In this document: positions 14,138 to 26,066 of the stretch, one piece after another
Position numbering within the stretch: the first letter of the stretch is position 1
How the letters are laid out: each line of letters begins with the position of its first letter
NCBI GenBank assembly: GCA_951406725.2
Contig: OX597837.1
Location: 6,758,001 to 6,822,000 of the forward strand
Length of the DNA: 64,000 nucleotides
Direction: 5' to 3'
From: Octopus vulgaris
Taxonomy: Eukaryota
Notes under the pieces: model-generated
What the model was told of the DNA's origin: nothing
Databases searched by the model: none
What the model saw: the letters and a program-made list of their open reading frames with translations, nothing else
Program-made: the position numbers and the translations under genes

Positions 14138-15712
14138 ATGCCGTCAAACACAAGAAATTCATTTATAAAAGCTGAAACTCACCGCCTCAGCAATTTCTTA
14201 GACACACTTCTTAAACCTTTCCTAAAACACATCAAAAGCTACGTAAGAGACGATATAGATATGCTCAACCACCTCCCTAAAACAGTCAATGAGAAAACCC
14301 TTCTAGTATCATTCGACGTAGTTAATCTTTATTCTAACATCCCTCACAACCTAGGAATAGAAGCAATCACCTTCTGGCTGAATAACTACCCCTTTGAACT
14401 CCCAACTCGCATAAACAAAGACCTTATAATAGAAGGACTTAGATTCATTTTAGAGAACAATTATTTTATTTTTGACAATGATTTCTACAGGCAAAGATCG
14501 GGAACAGCGATGGGCACGCGTACTGCACCATCTTTTGCCAACCTAGTGATGGGATACCTCGAGAAAATACTATACCGGATGACACTCGAGAAATATGGAA
14601 ACACCTTCGCCACCTATATCCATAACAACTGGAAAAGATACCTCGATGACTGTTTCATCATCTGGGACAAAGGCATAGAGAAACTTGAGGAATTTAAAAT
14701 TCTATTAAATGGAATAAATGACAATATACAATTCACGATGGACCACAACGAAAAAGAATTACCATTTTTAGACATCCTCATTAAGAAAACCGGCAACAAA
14801 ATAGAGACAGATATCTACTATAAACCGACAGACTCTAAACAGTACCTACCCTTTGATTCATGCCACCCACGACACACTAGAATGAATATCCCTTTTTGTT
14901 TAGCTAGAAGGATTTGCACCATAATATCAGACACAAACACCCGACACACACGTCTCCAGGAACTTAGAACCACACTCACAAATAGAAACTATCCACAGCC
15001 CCTAATAGACAGTGCAATCCAACGGGTACTTAAATTAAGTATAGAAGACCTGAGACAAACAAAACCAAAAAAGAAAGAACAATTAAAAACCCTTCCCTAC
15101 ATCTCTACACACAACCCACTCAACAATGAGGCCTTCAACACCATACTACAAAGCACAGCCCTACTAAAGGGAGGCCCAAAGATGAACCGGATCCTCGAAA
15201 CACACACCATCATTAAAAGTAAACGGCAACCAAAATCCTTGAAAAGGATTCTAACCCAAGCTACACTGCACTCAACATCAACCACAAAACCAGCAGTTAG
15301 AAAATGTGGAAGGCCCAACTGCGGAATCTGTGTCATCTTGAAAGAAGGATCAGAATTTATACTGGAACAAGGCCACCAGTTCACCATTAGAACAAACTTC
15401 ACCTGCGCATCAGAAAACTTAATTTACGTCATAACATGCGCAGGCTGCAATAGGCAGTATATAGGCCATACAAAAAATAGCTTACGTAACAGGATGGCGG
15501 TGCATAAATCACAAATTAGAAAGCCTGATTACCGCAAAATACCGGTCAGCGGACACATAGATAGATGTGCTGGAAATGTAAATCCGAAATTTACAACTAA
15601 CCCGCTCTATAAATTCAGTGACAACGCAACCTTCACACAACGCCAAAATAAAGAACTATATTTCATTAAAAAATTTAGACCAAGTTTAAACACCCTGGGC
15701 CAGGAATACTAA
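14138..15712 (+). CDS. Penelope-like reverse transcriptase + GIY-YIG endonuclease (N-terminally truncated; first ~10 codons come from the inverted pLTR)
   Basis: Motifs VSFDV, GTAMG, YLDD, LPFLD, YYKPT; linker CGRPNCGIC (Neptune-type Cys motif); LIYVITC..C..QYIG; no internal stops over 524 aa. Confidence 0.92.
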   Translation: MPSNTRNSFIKAETHRLSNFLDTLLKPFLKHIKSYVRDDIDMLNHLPKTVNEKTLLVSFDVVNLYSNIPHNLGIEAITFWLNNYPFELPTRINKDLIIEGLRFILENNYFIFDNDFYRQRSGTAMGTRTAPSFANLVMGYLEKILYRMTLEKYGNTFATYIHNNWKRYLDDCFIIWDKGIEKLEEFKILLNGINDNIQFTMDHNEKELPFLDILIKKTGNKIETDIYYKPTDSKQYLPFDSCHPRHTRMNIPFCLARRICTIISDTNTRHTRLQELRTTLTNRNYPQPLIDSAIQRVLKLSIEDLRQTKPKKKEQLKTLPYISTHNPLNNEAFNTILQSTALLKGGPKMNRILETHTIIKSKRQPKSLKRILTQATLHSTSTTKPAVRKCGRPNCGICVILKEGSEFILEQGHQFTIRTNFTCASENLIYVITCAGCNRQYIGHTKNSLRNRMAVHKSQIRKPDYRKIPVSGHIDRCAGNVNPKFTTNPLYKFSDNATFTQRQNKELYFIKKFRPSLNTLGQEY

Positions 15713-15880
15713 AACAAAAGATAAGTCCTCCGAAAAGGAGAACCAAATTTCACCACGGCCGCTACTTCAAACAGACACTCACTCTGACGGAAATATGCCT
15801 TAGTAAAAAAGGAAAAAAATTCTTTCGTGCAAATCTGACCCTGATACATACGATACAGCTAAGGGTCAGACCCGATTCTG

Positions 15881-16311
15881 ATTGGTCAACAAGTTGATGA
15901 CGTCTAGCTCTGCTAGAATGGACAGGATACAAACAGGGGACAGTCATTAGTCAGAATATTGATGACGTCCTTTTCTGCTTGAATAGTCACCTAACAAGTA
16001 CAGACAGGGGGCAGATCTAATGTAGCTATAAGTCGTGATTGGGCAGAATCTGGATGACGTCCCGCTATGCTTGACTAACGAAGCGACTGGTCAAGACAGG
16101 AAACAAACAAGAGGGAGTTATAATGCAGCGATTGGTCAAAATAATGATGACGTCCCGTTCCACTTGATTAAAGCCACCTAACGAAACGATTGGTCAAAAC
16201 ATTGATGACGTCACGCTACGCCTAACAGGCATTATAAAACCGAGCATTTCAAAAAACTCACTAGAACCACCCAGCGAACTTCCACCATGGGTCATCACAA
16301 TTGCTTAAGGT
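15881..16311 (+). promoter_or_regulatory. Putative pLTR Pol II promoter: five ATTGG-N9-TGATGACGTC modules, TATA box, Kozak ATG and splice donor
   Basis: Modules start 15881, 15946, 16038, 16131, 16189 (two have one mismatch); TATAAAA 16233-16239; CCACCATGG with ATG at 16287; AAG|GTAAAA at 16310. Confidence 0.6.
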
Positions 16312-16561
16312 AAAAATGAATTCCTCGCTCTTTCCGAAACATCAATCTTCTGTATTGACCGCTTTCCACCACTTTGATCTGTTTTTTGTATTGAATACGT
16401 ATCGCCACCGTGGGCCACTGCATCGAACACTTTCAACATATACTTCAAACTATATATCAACTATACATGAACTATATATCAACTATACATGAACTCTAAG
16501 ATGTCTGACTCCGTTGTGTATTATAAATGAATTTCTTGTGTTTGACGGCATGAGCTGTCTC

Positions 16562-16632
16562 TTTTTATATATAACTTTTTTTGATAAGGTTCATTTCAGG
16601 AACTGAAACATGTTATAATGTATATATAAAAA
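16562..16632 (+). ncRNA. Minimal type I hammerhead-like motif in pLTR (U3-A8 core variant)
   Basis: TTGATAA-GGTTC-atttcag-GAACT-GAAA-CATG-TT with flanking tttttatata/tatataaaaa helix; same core in the inverted copy. Confidence 0.6.
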
Positions 16633-16739
16633 TTAAAAATTGTATAATACAGCAGCATTTTCGAACTTCATTTTTTACAAATATATATATATATATATTT
16701 ATGTATATTCATATATATATATATACATATATATATATG

Positions 16740-16793
<54 letters not shown>

Positions 16794-16824
16794 CATATAT
16801 ATATATGTATATATATATATATGA

Positions 16825-16868
<44 letters not shown>

Positions 16869-16939
16869 GTATGTAAACATATATACCTGCGTATATATAT
16901 TCATACATATACCCGCAAATATGCCTACATACGAAGAAA

Positions 16940-17960
16940 ATGCTAGTAAAAAGGAAAACTATGAGGAGAAACATGAAAGATCACAAATTCCTCTTCATCG
17001 CTTATTCCTTTCCCTGCAAAACGATCAGACAACTTCTAGGAAATGACTTGGAGAATTCTGGACGGAAGAAGCTGAAGCAGACTGCAGATGAAAGACAAGA
17101 GTATAAGATACAGGGAAGAGTTGGTTCACTAAAGGTCAGAGGTGACAGCGTCGAAGATCAAGAATCTATTCTCTGTGACGGGCAAATGGGAGATGGAAGA
17201 AGTATGTAATGCCTTTTACACCAATCTTTTTTAAAATTAGCTCTTCAATATCCTCCCAAAGAACCTGAGGGACCTGCATGGTGTAGATGCGGATGTCTTT
17301 AAAGTAGGACTGGACCTCTTCCTGTCAGGTGTCCCGGATGAACCAACTTCACGGCAGGAGGTGCAGATGAGGGCAGCTGCATCGAACTCTCTCATGCATC
17401 AGATGGCGTTTGCTAAAAAGCATCCGTGAGGTAAAATCGTGTAGCAAACCAAATGGCGGTGCCCCAGCATGGCCACAGCTCATTAGCTGAAACTGGAAAA
17501 ATCAAATCAAAATCAAAATCAAGGTCGATCCTCCACTGTCATAAATTTTGGAAGAGGTACCACATACCCTGGTCAGTGAAATTGAAAATGCTGTCAAGCT
17601 GATGAAAGCAGGTAAAGCTCCGTAAAAATAGGGCTCAGCAATAGAGAAGTGAAGGCTCGGAGGTGAAAAGCTGTGGAAAATCGTTGTTTTACATTTCAGT
17701 CGCTATCTGAGGGAGAGTTAAAATCTCCTTGCTTTGGAAAAGGTCGAGCATCATCTTCATTCATAAGAAGGGTGACAAAGAAGGTTTAAGAATTTATCAG
17801 CTCATATACTTACACTATAAGTTGTTTACAAAGATAATAGTCGTTGAGCAACCGAAGGAGGAGGCATGTTTCCGTAATATCTATAAGATAGATCACATAT
17901 TTACCCTAACACAGCTAAATGAAGAGAATAAGGACTGGATGGAAGGTGTTTACTTTAATA
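16940..17960 (+). pseudogene. Degenerate RTE-clade LINE RT fragment, interrupted by a CR1 3' end
   Basis: Translates SEIENAVKLMKAGKAP and WKRSSIIFIHKKGDK..YKLFTKII..EQPKEEACFR..DHIFTL (RT N-terminal region) with stops and deletions. Confidence 0.75.
17238..17522 (+). mobile_element. 3' end of CR1-group LINE with (AAAATC)n-like tail
   Basis: Matches the reverse complement of 28173-28435. Confidence 0.88.
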
Positions 17961-18067
17961 AAGGATATACTCAAGGCGGCGAGTTGGCAGAAACGTTAAC
18001 ACTCCCGGCAAAATGTTTAGCGGTATTTCGTCTGTCTTTACGTTCGATATCCTGTTCCCAAATAGGA

Positions 18068-18099
<32 letters not shown>

Positions 18100-18119
18100 A
18101 TATATATATATATATATAA

Positions 18120-18320
18120 TCATTCACCATGATTGATCACTAAACCTTTTTTTTTATTTTCTCTCCTTGTTTATTTCTGCGTTCCTTTCTATCGAAGAGC
18201 GTAGGCTCGAAACGTAAAAGACTTTCTCACTTGCCGAGCTTTAAACTAACACATCTGTTTGTTGTTTACACGCCCGTCTTGTGTTTTGTTTATTTTATTT
18301 ATTTAATTATTTGTAAATTC

Positions 18321-18370
<50 letters not shown>

Positions 18371-18376
18371 TACATA

Positions 18377-18457
<81 letters not shown>

Positions 18458-18589
18458 TCATCTTATTACTTTCTGTAGAGGAGCATAGGCTCGAAGTCTA
18501 AAACCTAAAACACTCTTCCATTTTCCCGAACATCAAACTATTACACATGCTTGTTTTTCCTACACTTCTCTTCATCCTATAAATTTGAA

Positions 18590-18590
<1 letters not shown>
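18120..18590 (+). mobile_element. Two Penelope pLTR-like fragments with hammerhead-like motifs, separated by microsatellite
   Basis: cttt-CTATCGA-A-GAGC-GTAG-GCTC-GAAA-CG-TA-aaag (18185-18220) and cttt-CTGTAGA-G-GAGC-ATAG-GCTC-GAAG (18469-18496). Confidence 0.6.
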
Positions 18591-18672
<82 letters not shown>

Positions 18673-18998
18673 GTTCTATAAAACTGACTTTGTGTTGCTA
18701 ACATTCAACAAGCCATATTACTTAACTCGTGCTGAAGAGTAGCAACGCAAAGCTCACAGAACACCGAGTATAAAATCTGGTTTTATTGCTGTTATTAATA
18801 TTGCATGCTTCCCAAGGTATTAACTAATTATTCTTCATGTTCATGTATGTATATATACACGCACGCGCACATACATACGCACATACTTATATACATGCAT
18901 GCATAAACACTCGCACACACAAACACATACGCATATATTTGTGTGTATGCGTATGCGTATGCGTGTATGTATATATATAGTGATAGTTACGTAGGCAA

Positions 18999-19120
<122 letters not shown>

Positions 19121-19136
19121 TTGATAGATACATAGC

Positions 19137-19184
<48 letters not shown>

Positions 19185-19190
19185 CGGATG

Positions 19191-19303
<113 letters not shown>

Positions 19304-19784
19304 ACTGGTAAAGATACGCACACAGATATTTATAATGCTGAACGCAAGACAATAGATATAACCGCTATTCAAGTATTGAGCTTATAAAATCGATTATGAA
19401 TAAATTCCATAACTGCGTTCATAAAACGTGCCAGTCCAAGCATCGAGTAAGTTTTCATAATCATTGTTAAGTGATCCACAAACTCTTCTTTCACCTTTCA
19501 CATTTCACAACTCTAAAAACCCTATTTTCGTCTCCTATAAGAGCCTGGAAAGTACAAATATTCGCAAGAAAAATCAATAAATCTTTTATCGATCTATAAG
19601 TGGTTATCTCCAGGTAGCTCTTCCGTGAATTGTTAGTATGCAAGATTGCCAGAATTGTTAGGAAACGTTGGTCGAAATGCTTTGCTTTATTTCTTCCAGT
19701 TCTTTACGTTTCTCGGTTCAAATACTACTGAAGGTTACTTTACTTTTCATTCCTTCAGGGTCGAGAAAATAAAAGGACGTGTCA

Positions 19785-19960
19785 AGGCACAGGCGTCGCT
19801 GTGTGGTAAGAAGCTTGCTTACCAACCACATGGTTCCGGGTTCAGTCCCACTGCGTGGCACCTTGGGCAAGTGTCTTCTACTATAACCTCGGGCCGCCCA
19901 AAGCCTTGTGAGTGGATTTAGTAGACGGAAACTATAAGAAGCCCGTCGTATATATGTATG
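19785..19960 (+). mobile_element. SINE family A, 5' half (preceded by a SINE B remnant at about 19640-19775)
   Basis: Homology to other copies in the window. Confidence 0.85.
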
Positions 19961-19970
19961 TATATAGTAG

Positions 19971-20513
19971 CGGCAGACGAAATACCTTTCTTTACTACCC
20001 ACAAGGGGAAAAACACAGAGAGGACAAACAAGGACAGGCAAACGGATTAAGTCGATTATATTGTTCCCAGTGCGTAACTGGTACTTAATTTATCGACCCC
20101 GAAAGGATGAAAGGCAAAGTCGACCTCGATGGAATTTTAACTCAGAACGTAACGGCAGATGAAATACCTATTTCTTTACTACCCACAAGGGGCTAAACAT
20201 AGAGAGGACAAACAAAGACAGACAAACGGATTAAGTCGATTACATCGGCCCCAGTGCGTAACTGGTACTTATTTAATCGACGCCGAAAGGATTAAAGGCA
20301 AAGTCGACCTCGGCGGAATTTGAACTCAGAACGTAACGGCAGACGAAATACCTATTTCTTTACTACCCACAAGGGGCTAAACATAGAGAGGACAAACAAA
20401 GACAGACAAACGGATTAAGTCGATTACATTGGCCCCAGTGCGTAACTGGTACTTATTTAAATATCATTTAAAACTTTCGCCCGGCATGCTAACGATTCTG
20501 CCAGTTCGCCGCC
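19971..20513 (-). mobile_element. SINE family B with body tandemly repeated (about 183-bp units, 2.7 copies)
   Basis: cggcaga(c/t)gaaatacc recurs at 19971, 20153 and 20337; tRNA-like head ggcggcgaactggcagaatcgttagc at 20490-20513. Confidence 0.88.
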
Positions 20514-20745
20514 TTATAAATTAAATACGTGATTGTATCGTACTGCTGTTATCGAACGACACAGTCTTGACTTCTAAAACCTTTAATATGCGTTGAAGTA
20601 TATCATAGTTGCATAACGGAATCTGGTGTCCCTACGATCAATTAATAGGTTTGTTTATCCCCGCTCTGGATTCTACATCGGCTATTGTGTAATTGTGCAA
20701 ACACCAGCTCTTTATTCATATAAATTTAACCATTTCAATAAACAG

Positions 20746-20804
20746 TATGGAAAGTATGCCCTACGAACCTCCTGTCGAGTCAGATTACGGCTCCTTTCGC
20801 AAAG
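20746..20804 (+). CDS. Candidate short host-gene exon (MESMPYEPPVESDYGSFRK)
   Basis: aacag| acceptor, AAG|gtaatt donor, GC-richer non-repetitive 59 bp; protein not recognised. Confidence 0.3.
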
Positions 20805-21134
20805 GTAATTTGCTTTTCGCATGCGATGAAGCGATGACAGAAACTCAGATTTTGGGTTTACAAATTTTACTTTTTTTCTAAACACACTGCGAAACTATAA
20901 ATGTAAAAATAAGAAAGAAAAAATTGCTGAATGTTGAGGAAAGAAAAAAAGCATGAACAGAGTCGGGTTTTTCAATATATTTCTGAAACAAAAGAAGCTT
21001 GTCATCTATGTGTGAGTGTGTGTGAGTATGTGTGTGTGTGAGTGTGTGTGTTTGTGCGTGTGTAACAGTAGGTGAACAGCTAGGTAGATAGACATACATA
21101 TGTATATATATAAGTATATATATATGTATATATG

Positions 21135-21196
<62 letters not shown>

Positions 21197-21358
21197 GATA
21201 TTAAACATACTTGCAAACTTATGTAAATACATATATATATATGTATGTATATGTGTTCATATATATATATATATATAAAACATACATGGAATCCTATATA
21301 ATATCTACATGTATATATATTCGTATATAAATATATGCACACACACTCACACAGACAC

Positions 21359-21411
<53 letters not shown>

Positions 21412-21799
21412 TGTATGTATGTATGTATGTATAGATTTATGTATATATACACACACACACGTACACATATACATACATAGGTGTGTGGAAATGAACGTGT
21501 GCAGCGAACCATGCGGACCTATAAATAATAATCTTCAAAATATTTTTCTTTCACTATATAGTACTTTATAATCTAATTTTATTGTTTGCTAATAAATAAA
21601 CGAATAAGTAAATAAACAAATCCCAAGCGAATCGACGCGACATTGTGTACAGCGATTCCTGCGTAATAATAGTAAGTTAACTTTAATAGATCAACTGGCG
21701 TGGTTTTATGTTTTGTTCTGCTCAAAATAGAACTTACCCTTGATACTAAAACAATCTAGAAAAAAAAGCAACAGATTTCTAGTACCGCTACACGTATGT

Positions 21800-21872
<73 letters not shown>

Positions 21873-22004
21873 AAAATAGTAAAGAGTGAAAAAACGACAG
21901 AAGGCTTAAATGTTAAAAAATATATATATTTGTGTCAAAATGTCTGGAGAATATTGGAAAAAATTTTTTCCTTTCCTTAAAATGACATAATTTTAAAATT
22001 TTTA

Positions 22005-22044
22005 AAGAAGTTACTGGTTTCGCGTGTAGCTTTTCAAATTTCTT
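22005..22044 (-). ncRNA. Minimal hammerhead-like motif (U3-A8 variant) within a (TA)n-flanked fragment at 21871-22155
   Basis: Minus strand aagaaat-TTGAAAA-GC-tacac-GC-GAAA-CCAG-TA-acttctt; helix I pairs 6 of 7. Confidence 0.55.
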
Positions 22045-22152
22045 GTGACGTTATGTTTATATTGCATGGAGTTATCGTTGTGTTTATTTTCAGGAGATTT
22101 CTAAATAAGGGGAGGTAGTGAGTGATTTCTTCCGGTGTAAGGGAGATAATCG

Positions 22153-22217
<65 letters not shown>

Positions 22218-22274
22218 CGGAGATGTACTTGCATAGCAAGTGATTTGATCTGAGATCGTGTGCTGAAACGAAAA

Positions 22275-22480
22275 CGATTGCAGCGTGGATGGTGTTTGTA
22301 AGCCATTTAAGAAACAAGCAAAAGCCGTTCGATTCACTTCAAAAAGTTTAATTTGTCAAAATATTTTCGTCGCTATAAGACCGGGACCTGTTCACTGAAA
22401 AAAATCCGTGCTGCGAAGTGAGTCGAACGGCTTTTGTGTGTTTCTTAAATAGCTTACAAACACCTTCCACGCTGCAATTG

Positions 22481-22482
<2 letters not shown>
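22275..22482. mobile_element. Fold-back element (about 66-bp arms) with a hammerhead-like motif (G3-C8 variant) in the spacer
   Basis: 22275-22340 is inverted to 22415-22482; minus strand 22352-22402 reads tttttca-GTGAACA-G-GTCCC..GCGAC-GAAA-ATAT-TT-tgacaaa. Confidence 0.65.
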
Positions 22483-22528
<46 letters not shown>

Positions 22529-22646
22529 ATATATGTATGTATATGTATACATATATATATATATACATACATATATATATATATGAATATATATACATAT
22601 ATGTATGTATATGTATACATATATGTATACTTATATATATACATAT

Positions 22647-22699
<53 letters not shown>

Positions 22700-22710
22700 G
22701 AATATTATTA

Positions 22711-22765
<55 letters not shown>

Positions 22766-22814
22766 CATGATCATCATCATTATTATTATCATTATCATTA
22801 TTATTATTATTATT

Positions 22815-23368
22815 GAGTGAGAGAGCAGTTCATGCCATCAAAGTGACACTGGGGTAAAATATACGAAGCCCAATATACCCATCATGACTACCCGTCTGAT
22901 AAAGGTACACCAGGCACATGCATCACAACCATATGTGCGCGACATGGTGATCTCATATCAAGATAAACAGCACATGACCTTGCAGGTGGGGCCCAGTTAG
23001 AATTTTCTTCAGATCGAGTAACCCATCCCGCTCAAAAGGTCCCTAAATGAGGGTTGTTTAAGGACGTTGAACGAAACACCCATGTTTCCAGAGGTGAATT
23101 ATCCAAACCTCCAAGAATCCCTCTCAACACATGGCTATGATGCTCCCCCACTACTTCTGCTCGTGGTCAGAGATGCACATATCGTCAGCCACTAAGGGAC
23201 ATGCTCAACTGGTTAAGGTCAAACAACTGACAAGCAAATCTGTGGTATTGAGCAGAATATTTGATGTAGCCCATCTTTTATACCAAGACAAAACAATGTA
23301 CATGATAACACTTCCAATCAGTTAAGATCAGAAGCCATGAGAGCCACTGCCTGGTACTGCATCAGGGC

Positions 23369-23372
<4 letters not shown>
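22815..23372. mobile_element. Non-coding ~560-bp interspersed element embedded in (TTA)n on both sides
   Basis: Sharp boundaries with (TTA)n at both ends, no ORF; class uncertain (possibly Dong/R4-derived). Confidence 0.55.
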
Positions 23373-23434
<62 letters not shown>

Positions 23435-23454
23435 CATTATACTTCCGAAAGCCA

Positions 23455-23635
23455 CAAGCTGGCAGAATTGTTACCAGAATCGTTAGCTAAATGCTTAGTG
23501 GCATTTCGTTCGTCTTTACGTTCTGATATCAAATTCCACCGAGTCTATTATAGATTCAGTACCAGTTGCGTACTGCGATCGATCTAATCGACTGCCCCCC
23601 CCCCGCCAACTCCCCCAAAATTTCCGGCCTTGTGA
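23455..23635 (+). mobile_element. SINE family B, degenerate
   Basis: gctggcagaat..aatgcttagtggcatttcg..ttacgttctga..caaattccaccgag homology. Confidence 0.7.
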
Positions 23636-24053
23636 ACTAATCTAGAAAAGAGTTTCTAAGCGGCCGGCCATCTTTCTGCTAATTCTTGAAATCTTAAATT
23701 TGAATTCAACAGCGTTTGTAGACAGAATAAATTTATTCTGAACTTATTTCTCTCTATCATTAAATATTACATCCGAAGTTTGTAAGTAATTTGGCAAATA
23801 GTTCTCTTGTTATAAACAACCAGCTTGCTGTCTGTGGAATGTCTGTGCAGTTCTTTAAGCTCAATAAATAACTTCACCGATCTATTGACTTTTAAGTTCT
23901 GTTCTCGTTCTTCTCACCAATTCTGATTCTTTCGTCATTCATCCCGCCACCGCGACTCATAGGAGGCAAACTACCTAACTTCAGGTAATTAATTACATTC
24001 TGCCGTTCCACATACATACATACATACATGCATGTAAGTATACACACACACAC

Positions 24054-24128
<75 letters not shown>

Positions 24129-24158
24129 TATTTTTGTATATATATGTATACTTATATT

Positions 24159-24189
<31 letters not shown>

Positions 24190-24221
24190 ATATGCATATA
24201 GAAGTATGTATATATAAAAAA

Positions 24222-24264
<43 letters not shown>

Positions 24265-25538
24265 TATATATATATATTTGTATGTATGTATATATATATA
24301 TGCATATGTACACATTAATATATGTATGTATATATATGCATATGTACACATTAAGATTTGTATGTATATATATATATATATGTATATATATGTATATATA
24401 TATGTATATGTCTACATACACACACAAACATATATTTGAGTGTGTATATGTGTGTGTGAGAGATGTGTGTGTGTGTGAGATGTGTGTGTGCGTGTGTGGG
24501 TGAGTGTGTGCGTGTGTATGTATTTATGTACCCATGTATGTACATAAACATACGCATATATGCAGGTCAGTATTTAGTTTGCGATATGGACATAATAGCC
24601 TCAGGAGATAAGCAGTCTCGATCATTTTCTAGTTCAGAGATCGTGCAAGAATTGGCTCTTAATATCTGGCCGATCATGCTGAGAGACTCATAAGCTATGT
24701 TGTATGTCAGGAAAAGAAAAAAATATATATATATATTAACAGAAATAGAATTCTTCGTTCGTTCTTGCCTTGAAACTATTTAATGGTTTTCACAATACTG
24801 TAAACGGTAAGGAGAAACGTAAAGGAGAAATTCTTAACAAATTTACACCTGACATTATAAACGTGTGGATATATATATATATATATATATATATATCGTA
24901 TAGAATGCATAAGATACTTATGTGTATACATACATATATATATATATGCATGTATAAAATATAGAATGCATAATATACAATATGTGTGTGTATGTATTGA
25001 CAGCTTGACTCCGTTATTCATGGTTTCGTTGCTAATGGGCGCATAGGACGCGTCCATATCATAATAAGAAGCGAGAAAGAGAGCAGGGGCATCAAACTCT
25101 CTCATTCACCAAATGTCAACTGTGAAAGACGATTAATGAAGTGGTAGGAGCAGAAGTTCGTGGTGCCCCAGACGGGCCACGGCCTTCGAATTGGAATTAG
25201 TAAAAGAATAAAAGAGTATATATATATATATACTTATGGATATACATGTATGAACAGACACACGCACACACATATAAACAGAAAGACAGACACACCCATA
25301 CGCATACACACATATATATATGTATATATTGCACTCCGTCGCTTACGACGATGCGGGTTCCAGTTGATACGGTGAAAGGAACAGCTTGTTTGTGAAATTA
25401 ACGTGCAAATGGCTGAGTACTCCACAGACACGCATACTGTTCTTCTCAGGGAGCTATATTAACAGTTAATGTGGTTTTTAGAGTCAAGTTTTGACTGCTA
25501 TTTCAGCGTGGAGGTATCCCTTAGATACCTAAATTATA

Positions 25539-25569
<31 letters not shown>

Positions 25570-25834
25570 GGATCTTTTCAGTTTGAAGGCCAGATTTTCC
25601 TAGTTAACTAAACAATTTGAAATTTCGTATACTGGTAGAATGTGTCAAAAGAAAACATAATTGTAAACCAAAATGAAAACGGAATTGTAATTTCTAAGTT
25701 TAACGTTGTTTAATAATTCGAATTTTAACCAATGGTATTCTTTCTTTCGACCTCATATTATTTACTGCCTCTCAAAATATTGTTACTGTGATGTAAACAG
25801 CTATTTTGTGACGTAGTTAACGTAAACATGTAAA
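25570..25834 (+). repeat. Left 265-bp terminal inverted repeat (pairs with 43566-43830)
   Basis: Starts GGATCTTTTCAGTTTGAAGG immediately after (TA)n; 4 mismatches to the reverse complement of 43566-43830. Confidence 0.93.
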
Positions 25835-26032
25835 CAGACCTACAGATTCGTTTGTAACGTAAACATCCGTTCATCGTAAATAGCTAAATTTGCTTGGCAT
25901 CGTACACAGCTTTTTCAGTTCCCTAGAATTATATTTGAAAGAAAATAAAAATAAAAAAGATTCATACGCATAAATATCCATCCTTAGAAATCAGAAAATG
26001 AGTGTTTAAATTATTTTCCATTGTTTGCATTG

Positions 26033-26066
<34 letters not shown>

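Larger units (their letters stand above)
14001..16686 (+). mobile_element. Penelope-like element (Neptune-type), 5'-truncated with inverted pLTR segment, in (TA)n
   Basis: RT + GIY-YIG ORF; 14001-14168 is a near-perfect inverted copy of 16521-16686, the typical PLE insertion geometry. Confidence 0.93.

Noticed and set aside
14138-14168. ATG at 14138 as the true start of the Penelope protein
   Set aside because: It lies in the inverted pLTR copy; the element is 5'-truncated within the RT
19971-20460. Regular repeats as a CRISPR-like array
   Set aside because: Units are whole tandem SINE bodies with no unique spacers; eukaryotic context, no cas genes
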